A stretch of DNA of 63,836 bases, the filler included, from Craspedostauros australis (lineage: Eukaryota), in assembly GCA_030167865.1 (NCBI GenBank). It is 6 parts of 6 records of this genome, joined end to end, with 100 filler letters (N's around TTAATTAATTAA, not from the genome) between each part and the next. Parts side by side here need not be neighbours in the genome. Positions count along the whole stretch, not along the records: positions 25,071 to 40,956 come from JALAGF010004283.1; positions 41,057 to 46,657 come from JALAGF010004284.1; 4 more parts are not named here. The stretch is one strand, 5' to 3'. Below the pieces are notes generated by a model. It saw nothing but the letters and a program-made list of their open reading frames with translations, did no database searches and was not told the DNA's origin. This document shows positions 33,443 to 46,155 of the stretch, piece by piece. The position numbers and the translations under genes were made by a program. Each line of letters begins with the position of its first letter. The stretch's first letter is position 1.

Positions 33443-34956
33443 GCTGTCCGAGCAGTCTCAGCTTCTGCCGCTGCCGCCGACTTGCCCACGTTGCGTCGCG
33501 CGAGGCGATCATCTTCATCGCTGCGTGATATTCCACGTGACCAACCGCACAACGACAAGGCAACGCAGGAATCGCCGTAACAACACATTGCGAGCCCGAG
33601 GACACCACAGCAACAAACAGCCTTCCAACACATGCAGATGCGGACACAGAGATACGCACAGATTCGGACATACCCAGGGAACAATCTAGATAGAAAACAA
33701 CAGCACAGCCAGCCACAATTTGTCTGGGTGGGCTGCTGGTAAAAATCACAGACTACGATAACACCGTCGACAACAACGTCGACAACGATATCATTGCCAA
33801 CCACGGCAGCGATAATGACAACGCCAATGATAACAACGATCACACACGGCGACACCACACCAATCATGGTAGCACACTGGCACCTTACATAAGTAACACA
33901 GAGCAGTAGCACAACATAATACTCTACCTTCCAATGCAAAGCAATGCAATTAGAGTACTCCTGCTTCACCCTCTGCTCATGCCCCTCCTCTTTCGGTGTC
34001 GTGGCGATGTCTCTCGTTTCCGCCTCGTCCCATCAGTCCACTACCTCCAGCTCCCACGCATCTTTCCTTCCGTCCAGTATGCGCTGCGGGTGGGGTTCGC
34101 TGAAGCGGCATTTGTGTAGTCCTCGTATTATATAATGCAGCAGAAGATTGCATGATGTTGACGACTACGATACGAACTGCACCAGTTCCGGAAAGAACAT
34201 ATTCTACAATATTATATTACAGAATAGCAAGTTACGAGTATGCTGCTACGATCACCTCGCAGGTGCCGACAACCCGAGTGTTGCATTCCAACACGATATA
34301 ACATGACCGGAGTAGCAGCAGACCGCCGCGCCCTGTTCACCTCAACATCGTCACGCGTTCTCTCCTTCGACCACACTCATATCTCATGTCATAATGCGAT
34401 GGCGAGGCTCCAGGACCAGAGGCAGCATTTCCGCGATGGGCCGCCGCCGTCACCACTACTCGTAGAACCGGCGCCAAGAAATGTACTCGACCAGAGCAAG
34501 ACTCCAAGCGGAGTCGAGTCCTTCCCCTGCTCTTCGGTCCACACTCATCAGACAGCAACTTTGCCAGCAGTGTTAGCAACAGCAACAATGCCGAGAGATA
34601 ACATTATGTTCGTGCATGCGGAAGATGGCAGGCATATTGCGTGACTCTCTGAATCCTAATATCATGTGTCTGTATCCCAGAAACAGAGCCGACGTTTGTG
34701 TTCGAACTCCCTAAAATGACAGACATTCGGGAGACAAACAGACAAAGCAGTCAAGAACTGGAATGCTGGCAATAATACACAGACAAACATCATGTCACAC
34801 GAGAACGACAACTCATTGGAGAAACAGACAAGAAGGCAGTGAATGTGTATCTTTCGTGGTTGTTGTGGATCGTGTTCATGGACAATGCAGCATCCGCCCT
34901 CTCGCAAGGAGGCCACCACGGCGACTTCCGCAGATGCTATTTCCGCAGTCGCGAGC

Positions 34957-36618
34957 ATGGCGCGGTCTATTATACTCATTCTATATGATACGACTTCGAC
35001 ACCATACCATAGCACTATACTAATACCTGCAACTGGAACAGACAGAGCACTCAACAACCATTCCCATCTCATTCGACGCAGCAGCAGCAGAAAGCAGCAA
35101 TCACGTGGAGACAGCGCCATGGCAGAGAGCAAGACGAAGATCGGCGACCATGAAGTCGTCTGTGGGACGGTGAGCGCATCCAACAGCTTCAGAATGTCCC
35201 GCGGCTGCCAATCAGCCGAATGCGATCGAACCTACTTCACCTATTTCCCCACCACCGTCTGTGATCGCTACAACGAGCGCCAAACTGCGTCGCCGCCGGC
35301 ATTGGAATCCTCCTCGTTGCCGTCGCTGTCCGATCTGAAGCTTCCCGTGGTCTTCGTCATCCACTGCTTCGGCTGCACAGCAAGCAACATGTACCAGAAC
35401 GACGAGTGGATCCAGGTGGCGGAGCGGTTCCGTCTCGTCCTCGTCTTCCCGGAGGGCCATCGCAGGAGCTGGAATGCTGTCAATTGCTGCGGCGAGGCCC
35501 AGGAGAAGAAGATTGACGACGTTGCCTTCATCGATGGTCTCATGAGCTCCTTCTTCAGCGAGGAGCTGGCGCTGAAGTACCCCTTCCTCTCGGCCTCGGC
35601 CCACTACGCCACCGGCTACTCCAACGGAGGGTTCCTCGTCACCCACGCCGCGTCTCTTCGACCCAACCTCTTCCGGGCCGTCGCGCCGATATCCGGCTAC
35701 GTCAACATCGACGAGGCCTATTCCAACGCAACCGACATCGCCACTTCCACAGCCGCGAGCGACCTCGTCCCTTCTGCCATGCCACCAGCATCACGATCGG
35801 TCGGATTGCTCGTCAATCACGCCAGAGACGATCCCTTGGTGCGATTCACAGGTTGTTGCAGCGACCCCACCATGCCCAAGTGCTGCTGCCTTGTATCGGA
35901 GGAACGGCACCTCGCACCCTCCAAGTGCATGTCCGCAGAACGGTTCGCCCATCAGTGGGCTGCCAAAAACAATGCTTGCGGGCTGTCGGACCAACCAGCA
36001 ACGACAGCAACGCCATCCTCGCCGAGCGCAGACCTCTCGATGGTCGTCAGCCGACATGATCCCGATCTACAATTCACGTGCACCACATACACCGGCGGTT
36101 GCCGCGCCAATACGACGCTGTGCGTTCATGAGACAGGAGGTCACCTTGGCATCGGAAAGCAAAACCGGCAGAGGCTGCACGAAATATTCGCAGAGATTGG
36201 CAATTTCTTCGCCCACGATGCCTGCGTCAACCTCGGCAATGCAGGGACCACTTGGTCCCGCGACTCCCTCACGTGCGTCTGCCCGCGCGATCCTTCCAAC
36301 CAGCATCATTCCAACGTCGACGGCTTCTTGCCGTACTGTTCCTTGGCGAATGAAGGCCGGCCGTCGCTCGACAAGGTCGCCACGCCAGCCTTGGTGCCGG
36401 GACAAGGGGTCGATTCCTTCCAGGCCATTCAGATGGCAGCGGTAGCGTTCCTGGTCCTTCTCATCTACGCCGTCCGAAGATTCTGGTGGACGTCAAAGCC
36501 ACGGCATGCGAAGCATCGCAAACCGAGTGACACGAGCAAGAAGCGTAATGCGAAGGAAGGGAAAGGGCAGGACAAGATCAAGCAACGATCAAAGGCGAGC
36601 CAGGCGACGACTGGATGA
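34957..36618 (+). CDS. Cys-rich alpha/beta-hydrolase of LpqC/PHB-depolymerase esterase type with C-terminal TM; start uncertain (34957 or 35119)
   Basis: LPVVFVIH, VLVFPEG..SWNA..CCG, DDVAFID, nucleophile YATGYSNGG, FRAVAPISG, DDPLV, GGH; TM MAAVAFLVLLIYAV followed by a basic tail. Confidence 0.85.
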   Translation: MARSIILILYDTTSTPYHSTILIPATGTDRALNNHSHLIRRSSSRKQQSRGDSAMAESKTKIGDHEVVCGTVSASNSFRMSRGCQSAECDRTYFTYFPTTVCDRYNERQTASPPALESSSLPSLSDLKLPVVFVIHCFGCTASNMYQNDEWIQVAERFRLVLVFPEGHRRSWNAVNCCGEAQEKKIDDVAFIDGLMSSFFSEELALKYPFLSASAHYATGYSNGGFLVTHAASLRPNLFRAVAPISGYVNIDEAYSNATDIATSTAASDLVPSAMPPASRSVGLLVNHARDDPLVRFTGCCSDPTMPKCCCLVSEERHLAPSKCMSAERFAHQWAAKNNACGLSDQPATTATPSSPSADLSMVVSRHDPDLQFTCTTYTGGCRANTTLCVHETGGHLGIGKQNRQRLHEIFAEIGNFFAHDACVNLGNAGTTWSRDSLTCVCPRDPSNQHHSNVDGFLPYCSLANEGRPSLDKVATPALVPGQGVDSFQAIQMAAVAFLVLLIYAVRRFWWTSKPRHAKHRKPSDTSKKRNAKEGKGQDKIKQRSKASQATTG

Positions 36619-39240
36619 AGTGCAGTGTAGTGCAGTGCAGTGCAGTACAATGCAGGGTTGGAACTGAACCGGGAATGCGTAGTCGTAGTGCAATGCTCCT
36701 TCCTACTCAACGCCATCTGGCGTCTCTCTCTCTCTCTCTCCCGCGGTTTCTCCGTTCCTCCTTTTCAACTGTGCTTCACATGCTCAACTCTATCATCAGT
36801 GTTGTTCCCTTGCTCCCCTTTTGTTCGCTTACCACTTGCACGCATGAGAGGAAGTGATCGACGAACAACCATGGAGAGACATCAGCAATGCACCGCAGCA
36901 CGGGCGCCACTCTTCACAAGCGCAAGTTACAATAACTTAATCTGTGGCAAAAAGGCAGTCTTCCACGATGCAATGCAAGCCTGAAGAGGGCATGGAGCAG
37001 GCCCTGAGTGGCGCCGTCCCCCACCTATTTATTCGAGACGCATGCACACGATTCCATTGAGCGCGTTGGTCTGACTTTGGGCATCCTGGTCCGAGATGGA
37101 CATTTGCGAATGAATACTACTCGTACCGGACGATGAGAGAAACAAGAGGGAGTGGTCATCAAGGGCTGGCGATGGATTCGGTGGTTCGCCCTTGGCAGAT
37201 GCATTAGTCGTACCATCGTGATACCGTGCCTCCTTCCAGTAAAGTGCATCTGGTATTGGTATGATGTCACATGATCCATTCCACATGGTTTCATTGTCCA
37301 CACCAATACACAAGCCATGGGCGGTCACTTGTGGATGCGGCGGAGCTGTTTGGTTTCGAGTGGATGAGAGACGTGCTCTCATTTCATCCTGGTGACGACA
37401 TCATGATCACATGCGAGATCTCGGCGCCGAGCGAATGGAGCACAATGTCGAAGCGGAGCGGAACGAAACGAACTGACATGAAGCGAAAGGATAAAGCAGA
37501 TAGCTCGTACCATGCTACCCGAAGCTCGTACGAGCCACTCCTCCCCAGTACTCGTACCATGTAAATCTCGTAATGCTGCTTATCCAGACTCCGACTAGAA
37601 TGCGGTCCGAGATTGGTTCGGCCATGCCGATGCACAAGTTGGGGACTTGATCGCCGTGTCTCCAAGCCACTCGGCCAATTGCAGCGGTTAGTGGGAGAGG
37701 GAACCCCACGAACTGGGAGGCGAAGAACAGTACGACTACAGAGTACGCGTAGTTGGTAGAGCAAACATGTCGCCACCATCCACCTTGTGATTCAATTTGA
37801 ATCACAGGGCGGACCATTACGTTTGTTTACTGCAGGCCATGCCGCGCCATGCCATGCGAAGAGTTGGACTGCTGGATTCGTCACAACATGCGAGGATGCA
37901 GCTTTACTGTTGCATGTCAGGCTTTGGTACACAACATGGATGACGAAGGTGGTCTCGGTCATGTGATGACGTTGCGCAACCCTTCATCCATCAATGGTCG
38001 CCTGAACACATGCGATCTATCAGTGCGAGGCGGGGTAATTGGATGCTGAAGAATTATGCTTCTCGCACCGTCGATTACTATCAAGAGGTGTGTTACCTGT
38101 GTACTCGCACATACATGGAGGAGATGTAGCGATTCCGGACTTCGCAAAAAGTGGCGCCTGGACAACAATAGGATCCCGGGGTTGGAAATAGTTAAGCGGT
38201 GGCCATTCTCGCGGGCACTTCGCTATGTTGACCACATGCATGCATCACCAAATGCTCGGCTAGTGCATGTCCCGCCGCTTCGACATCGTCGGAGGGGGTG
38301 GGTGATGTCACGTCGAATCCATGAAACGGAGACGTTGCTGTGGATGGGCTGGGTTGGATGAGTATCGACAGGGCATGGGCGAGCGCGGACGATAGATGGG
38401 AGAGTACGATAGTGTGCACGGAACGCGTATGATCGTAGCAATGGAAAATGCTCCGTGGAAGTGCTTCCTCGTCGAGAATCGTCAGAGGCAATTCGAATTG
38501 TCTCGACCACAAGAGATTCTGTGAGAGCAGAGTGTGTGCTACACTTTGGCCGGATCACGAAGATGCAGCGGAGAATGAGATGGACCATGGCGGGCTCGTT
38601 CTCCTGTGGGTTGCTCCAGAGAGCTCACAAGCGCCATCCCAATAATGGCATCACGGCTGTCGCAGTTGCGGTGAGTGGTGGTTGCTGCACCGAGGTTGCC
38701 GGTCACCATTTGAGTTGGGGTGACTTGACTGTTGTGGAATACACGTACGTGTGTTCTAACCGCACCATAGGTACCTAGTATATTCTATTATTCATATAAT
38801 ACATTCCACTGACAACCGAAAACGGACAGAAATCGATACCTGCAAGTATAGTACCATGCCGTAGTTGTGCTTACACTCGCACATACGTGTTCTTGTACGA
38901 ACCATCCTGGCCTGCACAGCGAAGGTGCGATGTCCGCTCATGACGATGCTGTCACTGTCTGCGTTTAGCTACGGTCGTGGCAACACCCTGGATTCAGACG
39001 TAGGGTGGAGGGAGAAGGAAGGCTGCTCGTTCGTTTGTTTGTTCAAAAAGGAAAATGCTTACGGGCCATTATACTAGAGCATACACACTGGTGCATTCTC
39101 TGCGCATTCGTCTTCTACCATGTTGTACGATACGACAAGTACTTGTACGTGCCGATACAAAAGGATGCCTTCCACGTGTTCGTGTGCAAGCGTGAATCAA
39201 AAGCGTTGCTGTTGTTATTGCCGTTGGTGTGGTTAGCGAG

Positions 39241-40260
39241 CTAGGCGGCCGGTGCACCTCTGGCATAGACGTTGCCGAGCTTCTGAGACGCATGGTCGAA
39301 GAATGTGTGGATGTCATTTTCCACCGTCGATCTGTCCTCGCTGATGCGCAAGCAATGCGGTGATATTGTTGACGTCGTCGATGGGCTGGAAAGGCAGACC
39401 ACGACCTCGGGATCCGAGAGGATGGAGAGCACCTGCTGGCTGCAGGCATGTGTGTTTTCGGTGTCGCCGAGACGGCTGTAGACGCAGATGAGGTTGTTCC
39501 AAATGCCCAAGAGACGGACGATGTCCCTCTTCCGGTCGAAGATGCTGCTGGACTCCATGAGCTTGTGCGCGTTGATATAGAGGAGCTTGGAGCGCTCCAG
39601 ATGCTGCCTTTTCCCCGAATCGGTGGCCTGTTGCGTGGCTTGGATGTGATAGAGTAGGGCGATGTCGAAGATGAGGACGCCCGTGAGGACGTGGAAGGTG
39701 GACTCCAGGACGCCCTGGGCGGGTGCGCAGCCATCATTGATCGGCAATACGACAGTCCGTGCCAGCCTGTACATGCAGCTGCCATCTGAAGTCCCGCCAT
39801 GGTTGCAAGGGCTGTCAGAAGCGGCGTTAACCAGCTTTTGGCATGGGTCCCAATTTTGGAAGCTTGAATGCGCTCGAGACGCCAATTTTGGAGAAGGCGC
39901 ACGGCGGACCACCACCGGCACGGGCAGGCAGAGGACGCCGCTGTCCACGGCACCGAAATCCAGCGGCGCCGTCGACTGTTGTTGCAGCTGACCGAGCGAG
40001 CGCCTGACAAAGCGCAAAGTCTCTGTGAAAATCTGACCAGCGATGTCCAAGTCGCCGTCTTGCAGCGCGTGTACGCCGTCGTTGATGTTCTGAACGACCT
40101 TGGTGATGCTGTTCATGTGCGTTGCGTGCTGCATCTGCATCTGCATCTGCTGCTGCACTTGCTCTTGGGATTGTTGTTGAAGGTGCGGATGGAGGAGCTG
40201 TGCGATTGTCATGGTCTGGCTTGCAGTAGCGTTGGCGGCAGTAGTGCAGAAGGACGACAA
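39241..40260 (-). CDS. Diatom-type TPR-like helical hypothetical protein
   Basis: NINDGVHALQDGDLDIAGQIFTETL, VLIFDIALLYH, WNNLICVYSRLG and C-terminal APAA pattern. Confidence 0.7.
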   Translation of the reverse strand: MSSFCTTAANATASQTMTIAQLLHPHLQQQSQEQVQQQMQMQMQHATHMNSITKVVQNINDGVHALQDGDLDIAGQIFTETLRFVRRSLGQLQQQSTAPLDFGAVDSGVLCLPVPVVVRRAPSPKLASRAHSSFQNWDPCQKLVNAASDSPCNHGGTSDGSCMYRLARTVVLPINDGCAPAQGVLESTFHVLTGVLIFDIALLYHIQATQQATDSGKRQHLERSKLLYINAHKLMESSSIFDRKRDIVRLLGIWNNLICVYSRLGDTENTHACSQQVLSILSDPEVVVCLSSPSTTSTISPHCLRISEDRSTVENDIHTFFDHASQKLGNVYARGAPAA

Positions 40261-40956
40261 GGAGTGCTTGGTTGGATGAGTGAGGTGAAATTATGGCTGA
40301 TTGCTGACGTCCTTCGAGATTTGAGTTTGGTTTCGGTTTTGCTTGTTGCTGCTATTTTATGAGAACAAGGAGAAACCTGGTCCATCCGCTTCTGTGATTT
40401 TGGGCTCGTCTTCGTTCATTTCGTCATGGTGGCGCGGCGGGGCTTGTGTTCGTGTCGTGCGGTACTCCCCCGACGACCCTCGCGTCCATCGCCTGTGTGC
40501 ACCCACACCTGCGAGGCAAGAAACCACACCCAACGCGCACCTTTTGACATAGCCATTTTTGCGAACCTGCGACTTCCCAATCGCACATCATAAATGAAGC
40601 GAAAACGCTGATGCCGTTCTGGAAAGAAGAGGAAAACGGAGGTGCTGCAGGCACTACGACCTGCACTCAATGTAAAACGGTGTCGCGATAGCACTAGTTG
40701 TGGAGTGTTTTTTGAGTTTTACTCGTGATGAGTCGTGATAAAGTAGACTAAAATAGAGCACACCCAAAACCATCCAAACAACTGCTTATGATGTTATATC
40801 TCGACACCACACCATTTAAAATTAAAACTAGACAGTGAATTCGGACGCGTGGCTATCATTGATTCTGAATACCGAAGTTAAATTTGTATGAACTTTATTT
40901 TTAATGTCGTTTTGGCTTGCTGTCAGTCAGGTGGTGGGTGGCAAAAATTCTCGATG

Positions 40957-41056
40957 NNNNNNNNNNNNNNNNNNNNNNNNNNNNNNNNNNNNNNNNNNNN
41001 TTAATTAATTAANNNNNNNNNNNNNNNNNNNNNNNNNNNNNNNNNNNNNNNNNNNN
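40957..41056. other. Artificial contig linker
   Basis: N-TTAATTAATTAA-N. Confidence 0.99.
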
Positions 41057-44000
41057 ATGGCAGTGCATGGTACGGATAGAGCGCGTTGAATCGTTGCTTT
41101 TGTGCTGGTCTTTGCTTCATTGTCGCATTGACGGTATCGACATCATCGATCATTCTCTGTCCTCGGCCTGTTTCATGTTCATTGTGTGCAGTGATCTCAC
41201 GAGTCCGTGCTCAAGAAAGTGCATGGTGATGGTGTACTCGTACATGACGGCAACAATGCCGCCGCCGCTACTGTTGCTGTCTATGCGCCTGCTGATCACA
41301 ATGTTGGCACTGACGATCGTCACATCATCGTCGATGGCGAAACACCATTTTGTATCCTTGCACGGAGCTTTGTTGTCGTTGTTACGGATGTTCCAGTTTT
41401 TGTGACGCGATGTTGTGAGAAATATGGTGAGCAATTTTGTGTGGTCACAGAAGCTCGGCTTGCCGTATTCCTCTCTCAACGGAAGTCGGGACTTAGCGAG
41501 TCACATGTTCATTTGGTCATGTTGTTAGGATGAGTGCCACATGGGACATGACACACTCGCAAGCACATGCGGAACACGATGGACAGGCGCGATCTCTCCC
41601 TCCAATCAAAAATTGATGTCTAGCCAAATTGTTCGATGTCACGTGTGAAAATGCTCTGTTGTCCGATAGTTTGGGTGTGCGGACAGCGACATCGGAAGCA
41701 AGAATTCGGAAAAGACGGTCAGACACAATCCAACGCTCTGGCGACAGCGCTGAGAAAGCTCACAACGTGCACATCCCACGAATCTGCTGCTTCCGTGTTT
41801 TTGGTGTGTATTGTTGCCACTTTACTGCGCGATCTGTCCCAACAATTTTCGCTCTTTCCCACTTGGACGTGTGTGTGGAGCGTGTGCGCGCGTGAATTGC
41901 GCGAATTGCGCGAATTGTGCAGAGAGAGGTACGGCTGGTTGTTGGAAGCGAATGGTGTGACATGAGCGGAAGAGACACGAGGGCGGTGCGGGTGAAAAGG
42001 AATGCAAAAACAAGTGGAGGAAGAAAACTGAGGGGAGACAATGAGCACCACACAGAGTCGTGATACCAAACCACACGATCGCTTCGTTGCTCCCAAATTT
42101 GGAAGTTGTTCCTTTGCTCTGGTGTTCTTGACCTCTGCCACTGGCATCATCTCAGGAAAGCACCTCCGCTCAATCGGATCTTCCGTTGAAGAGTCTCAGA
42201 AGGCAGAAGAGGCCTGTCCGCACCCGGTCATAGCACTGCAGAGGTCACCATCAGCAGTGACAACATCAGCGACGGCATCAGAATCGAGTGGCAGTAGAGC
42301 GGTCAAGTACGAACTACTCGTATTCCAGGACTTGCGATCTGCTCCCAACAAAGAGTTCCATCTCCGACAACGCATCACATCACATCACAACGCATGACAA
42401 CACCACAAGCGAGCATCACAACTCAGCAAATCGAAGCACAAGGAAGAAGCGCAAGGCACAGCCCAACACGACCGAACACACACTTGAACACGATAGAAGA
42501 GAAATCGACAGGAGGCGCGAAGCCAAGAACTCACAAAGCGGGAACACAGATATCAGTTTTGCGTCGGATACTTGAGGACAAGCATCTGCCGATTCCAAGA
42601 CCGACAGGCTCGTACACTCCGTATTCGTAATTCTCTCTCCCAAAGGTCACGAATTCACACAATTCGGCTGCGCAACAGATCAGAGGACCATACGACCAAC
42701 CAATACGATACGAGCCACTTCGAGTTGAACAGAGTAGTCACATTAGTGCTACAACTATACTCTGCCAAGGCAACGAGTACGAGCAGACACAGAAAGTTAG
42801 ATAGGCAGAACAGGATTGAAGATGGAGATCACAACTTCCGAGATCGACGTGATCGACGTGGTGCCTCTTTCATCTGAAGATGCGAATGGAGATGCAGACG
42901 GCCCCTTCTCTCCCAGTATGAGCAACAGCATCAGCAGCTCTGCAGACGAAGGGTTGACAGATGCCACCTTCCCTACCTTCCCTCCCACAACGATCTCTTC
43001 AGGCCTGACGTCTTTGACAGATCCGCTCGATGCCATCTCCAATTCTACCTCTAATTCCACTTCAGCATCAGACGATGGGAACAACGGCGGGCATCACTCC
43101 AAAGCCATGACTACAGATGACATCTTCCTCACGGCTTTGGCCGTTGCGCTCATCTTCATGATGCTGGGATGCTCACGATCATCCATCCCTCCACCAGAGC
43201 TGCGCAGAGGAGAGCAGATCCGTCAGAGAGCTCAGGAAAACCTCCAGAGGCGCAGGCAGAGGCGGGAGCGACGCCGCGAGGAACGGGAGGCCAGACAGAA
43301 GATCAAGAAGGATACTCCGGAGCAGCGCAAGCTGTGGATGAGAGCCAACATGTACGAAACGGTGAGTCCAATCAGAAATCGCTGTGGTGGTCAACGTCAC
43401 AGGCATGGCCACTGTCTATGTCGCTGTCACTTGCACGCGTCGTCCATGATGTACGCGCATGTTAGAGTACTCAATTGCATTGCCATCTGCCAATACATCC
43501 ACCTCCTCACCCGTGCCACTGCCACTGCCATCGCACCAACACTCCAAATCCTCACTCATCTTTCAACAGACCATCCAAAAGCAAGAACCGAACGGTTACT
43601 TCTACTGGACAGTGCAGGAGGTGCTGGACTCATTCCACCTTTCCAACACCCTCTCTCGCCCGAGCAGCGCGGCTTACGAATCCAAAGGCGGCCTTGACAT
43701 GAATGAAGATGAAGATGCTGATATGGATATTGAGCAGGGTGGGTCGCATTCTCAGACCAGCGCTACCGCCCGCAACAACAGTAACAGCAACAGCAACACG
43801 GACGGTAGAACTGCATCAAAGCTACCACTGCCACCACCAACCTCCAGCCCGTTCTGTGTGCCCATCCTCACCAATGAAATGCTCAACAGCGATGTGGAAG
43901 AGGAATCAACCTGCATCATCTGCATGGAGGACTTCCAAGTGAACGACGTCGTCTCATGGAGCTATCAGAACAACAAGCCATGCACGAGATCACGATCGAA

Positions 44001-45627
44001 GTCAAAAGCGACATCGGGATCGACAGCAACAGGCGCTGGCTCAGACATTGATGCAAGCGCAAATGCAAACACAACGGAAGAGTCTTCACCGTCATGGTGC
44101 TGTCGACACGTCTTCCACGTCGACTGCATCCAGCTGTGGCTGTGTGATCAGCGTCAGGATGATTGCCCGGCATGTCGCACAGAGCTTCTCGTGCGCAACC
44201 CGCATGACAGTGGCAAGACCGTGGATGTGCCTCATGCGAAGCAGCTATCGGGATCGATAGATGTGATCCATGAGGCCGGCACGGCCAACGATGGAACAGA
44301 TGGCAACAGCTCAGCGCAGCCTCGAGCAATGCATGGGCGGGAGACTGCACTCAACACATCGTCGGACACCGCGGATACCATCTTCTCCGACAGCGGCAAC
44401 GACACTGACAGCGATAATGACAATGATAACGACAACGAGAACGACAATCAAAGCAACAGCAGCACTGGCAGCACCGATCACGATTCGGACAGTGATGCTG
44501 ACAGCGCCAGCAGCAGAAATAGCAGCACGGAGGACGTCTTCTTCATCATGGGAGGTCTGCTTGTGAGAAGATCCTGCGCCATGCAGTCATCCGCCGCTGC
44601 AACCGCATCCATGGCATCTCCCATCCACACCAAGCCCGTGATGACGCGCTCCAGCTTCCTGCAATCCGCTCTCAACATGATGCCCATGTCGCCCATGATA
44701 CCCTCCATCCCACTCAGACGCACGTTCTCTCAGGGAACACAGCAGCAGCAGCAGCATGGCGGCAGATTCAACAGGCGCAGCTCCGAGGTGGAATTGCAAT
44801 CAAGATCATCATCGCTCACGGTGACGCCAGGTGCAGCGCGGTCGGGGATGGCAGCAAGATCAAGGTCCGCTTCGATGGAGATGACCAATGATGTCATGTC
44901 CGCGATCTCCTTCAACCAAGCAAGTGGACTGCCTCCATTGCCATTCCAGCCGCCGCCCTTCGTTGACAGTGCCGATGATGAAGACTACACGCGTCGTCAT
45001 GAACAGCAAGCACATTCGCAGCAACCGAGGCGACCGTCCATCACGGCATCGTTGATGTCGGTGCTGTCCAGCCCCATCTCCATGCGTCGATCTCAGTCGG
45101 AGGGCATCCGACGTCAATCCCGGACTGCGCCATCATCCGCCTACCAGCAGGTCCTCCAGGATGGTGACATCAGCGAATATGAAGACGAAGAGTCATTGAC
45201 GATGTTGGTCTCATCCGACGCGGACGTCGAAGGAGGCAGCGCACCGCTGGTTACATGATGATGCGACTGCTGTCCATGAACGAACCAAGTGACGGAAAGG
45301 ATGTACATCACCACCACATTATCAATATGCACAACAATCACAATTACACCAACATTCACATTCTCAATCGTAAAGGCACGGTATCACAACGTGCCATGCA
45401 ACCAATCACAACCCCATATTAGTACGAATATACATACTCTACTCACTCTACGAACATACGCAGATGCGCGAAGCACTCGATGGAACAACGAATCAGTGTC
45501 CTTTCGGACGAGGATGACGCACAGCACAAGCACGATGTGCCCCACATGGTAACAATAGTACTCTGCTCTACTCTACAAGTATCCCGTTATGATTCAGAAC
45601 ATTGTAGCAGTGACATCCAACCGACAG
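41057..45627. repeat. Inverted copy of 25071-29641
   Basis: Identical translated ORFs on the opposite strand. Confidence 0.97.
42822..45258 (+). CDS. Single-pass membrane RING-H2 E3 ligase-like protein (copy 2); exons 42822-43361 and 43570-45258
   Basis: Same as copy 1; intron 43362-43569 GTGAGT..TTTCAACAG. Confidence 0.88.
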
Positions 45628-46155
45628 CGTCACCACCACAGGCCGAGATGACGGGACGTCGTGATTGCTGTACCGCTTCATTCCAACTTTCATTGCAGAT
45701 GGAAGAACCACACCATCCTGCTCGTACTGGTGCTCGTACTCCAATTGTCACGACAACAGAACCTCCATCGTGAACAGCAATCAAAAGACGAGGAATTGCA
45801 CAGAAAAGGTGAAGCAGGTCTGTGCAACGGTGACCCAACCATGCAATTGCTCATAGCGATACCTGCGACTATGCGGGGGACCCGCTCCGCAAAGCGCCGC
45901 CAATTTCCGCGCCATCATTTACAATAGTATGCACTTCGGAGTGAGCGACATAAAGCAGACTATCCTGTTATGTGCTACTACTACTAATACTGGTGTGTGC
46001 GATTTCATGTATGCCTACCACGGGTGATGGTCGGTAGACTCATGCAACACCACGCCGGATGCCGACAATGAGGTACACTGTGCGCGCTTGTGCGTGTGGT
46101 GGTGCATATGCTTGTGCTCGTCCGTGGCAGACCTGCGGATCTCTCTGCCCACTTC

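Noticed and set aside
36900..38900. Short ORFs including a DDIMITCEI stretch faintly like a MATH-domain end
   Set aside because: Too short, with no supporting upstream motifs
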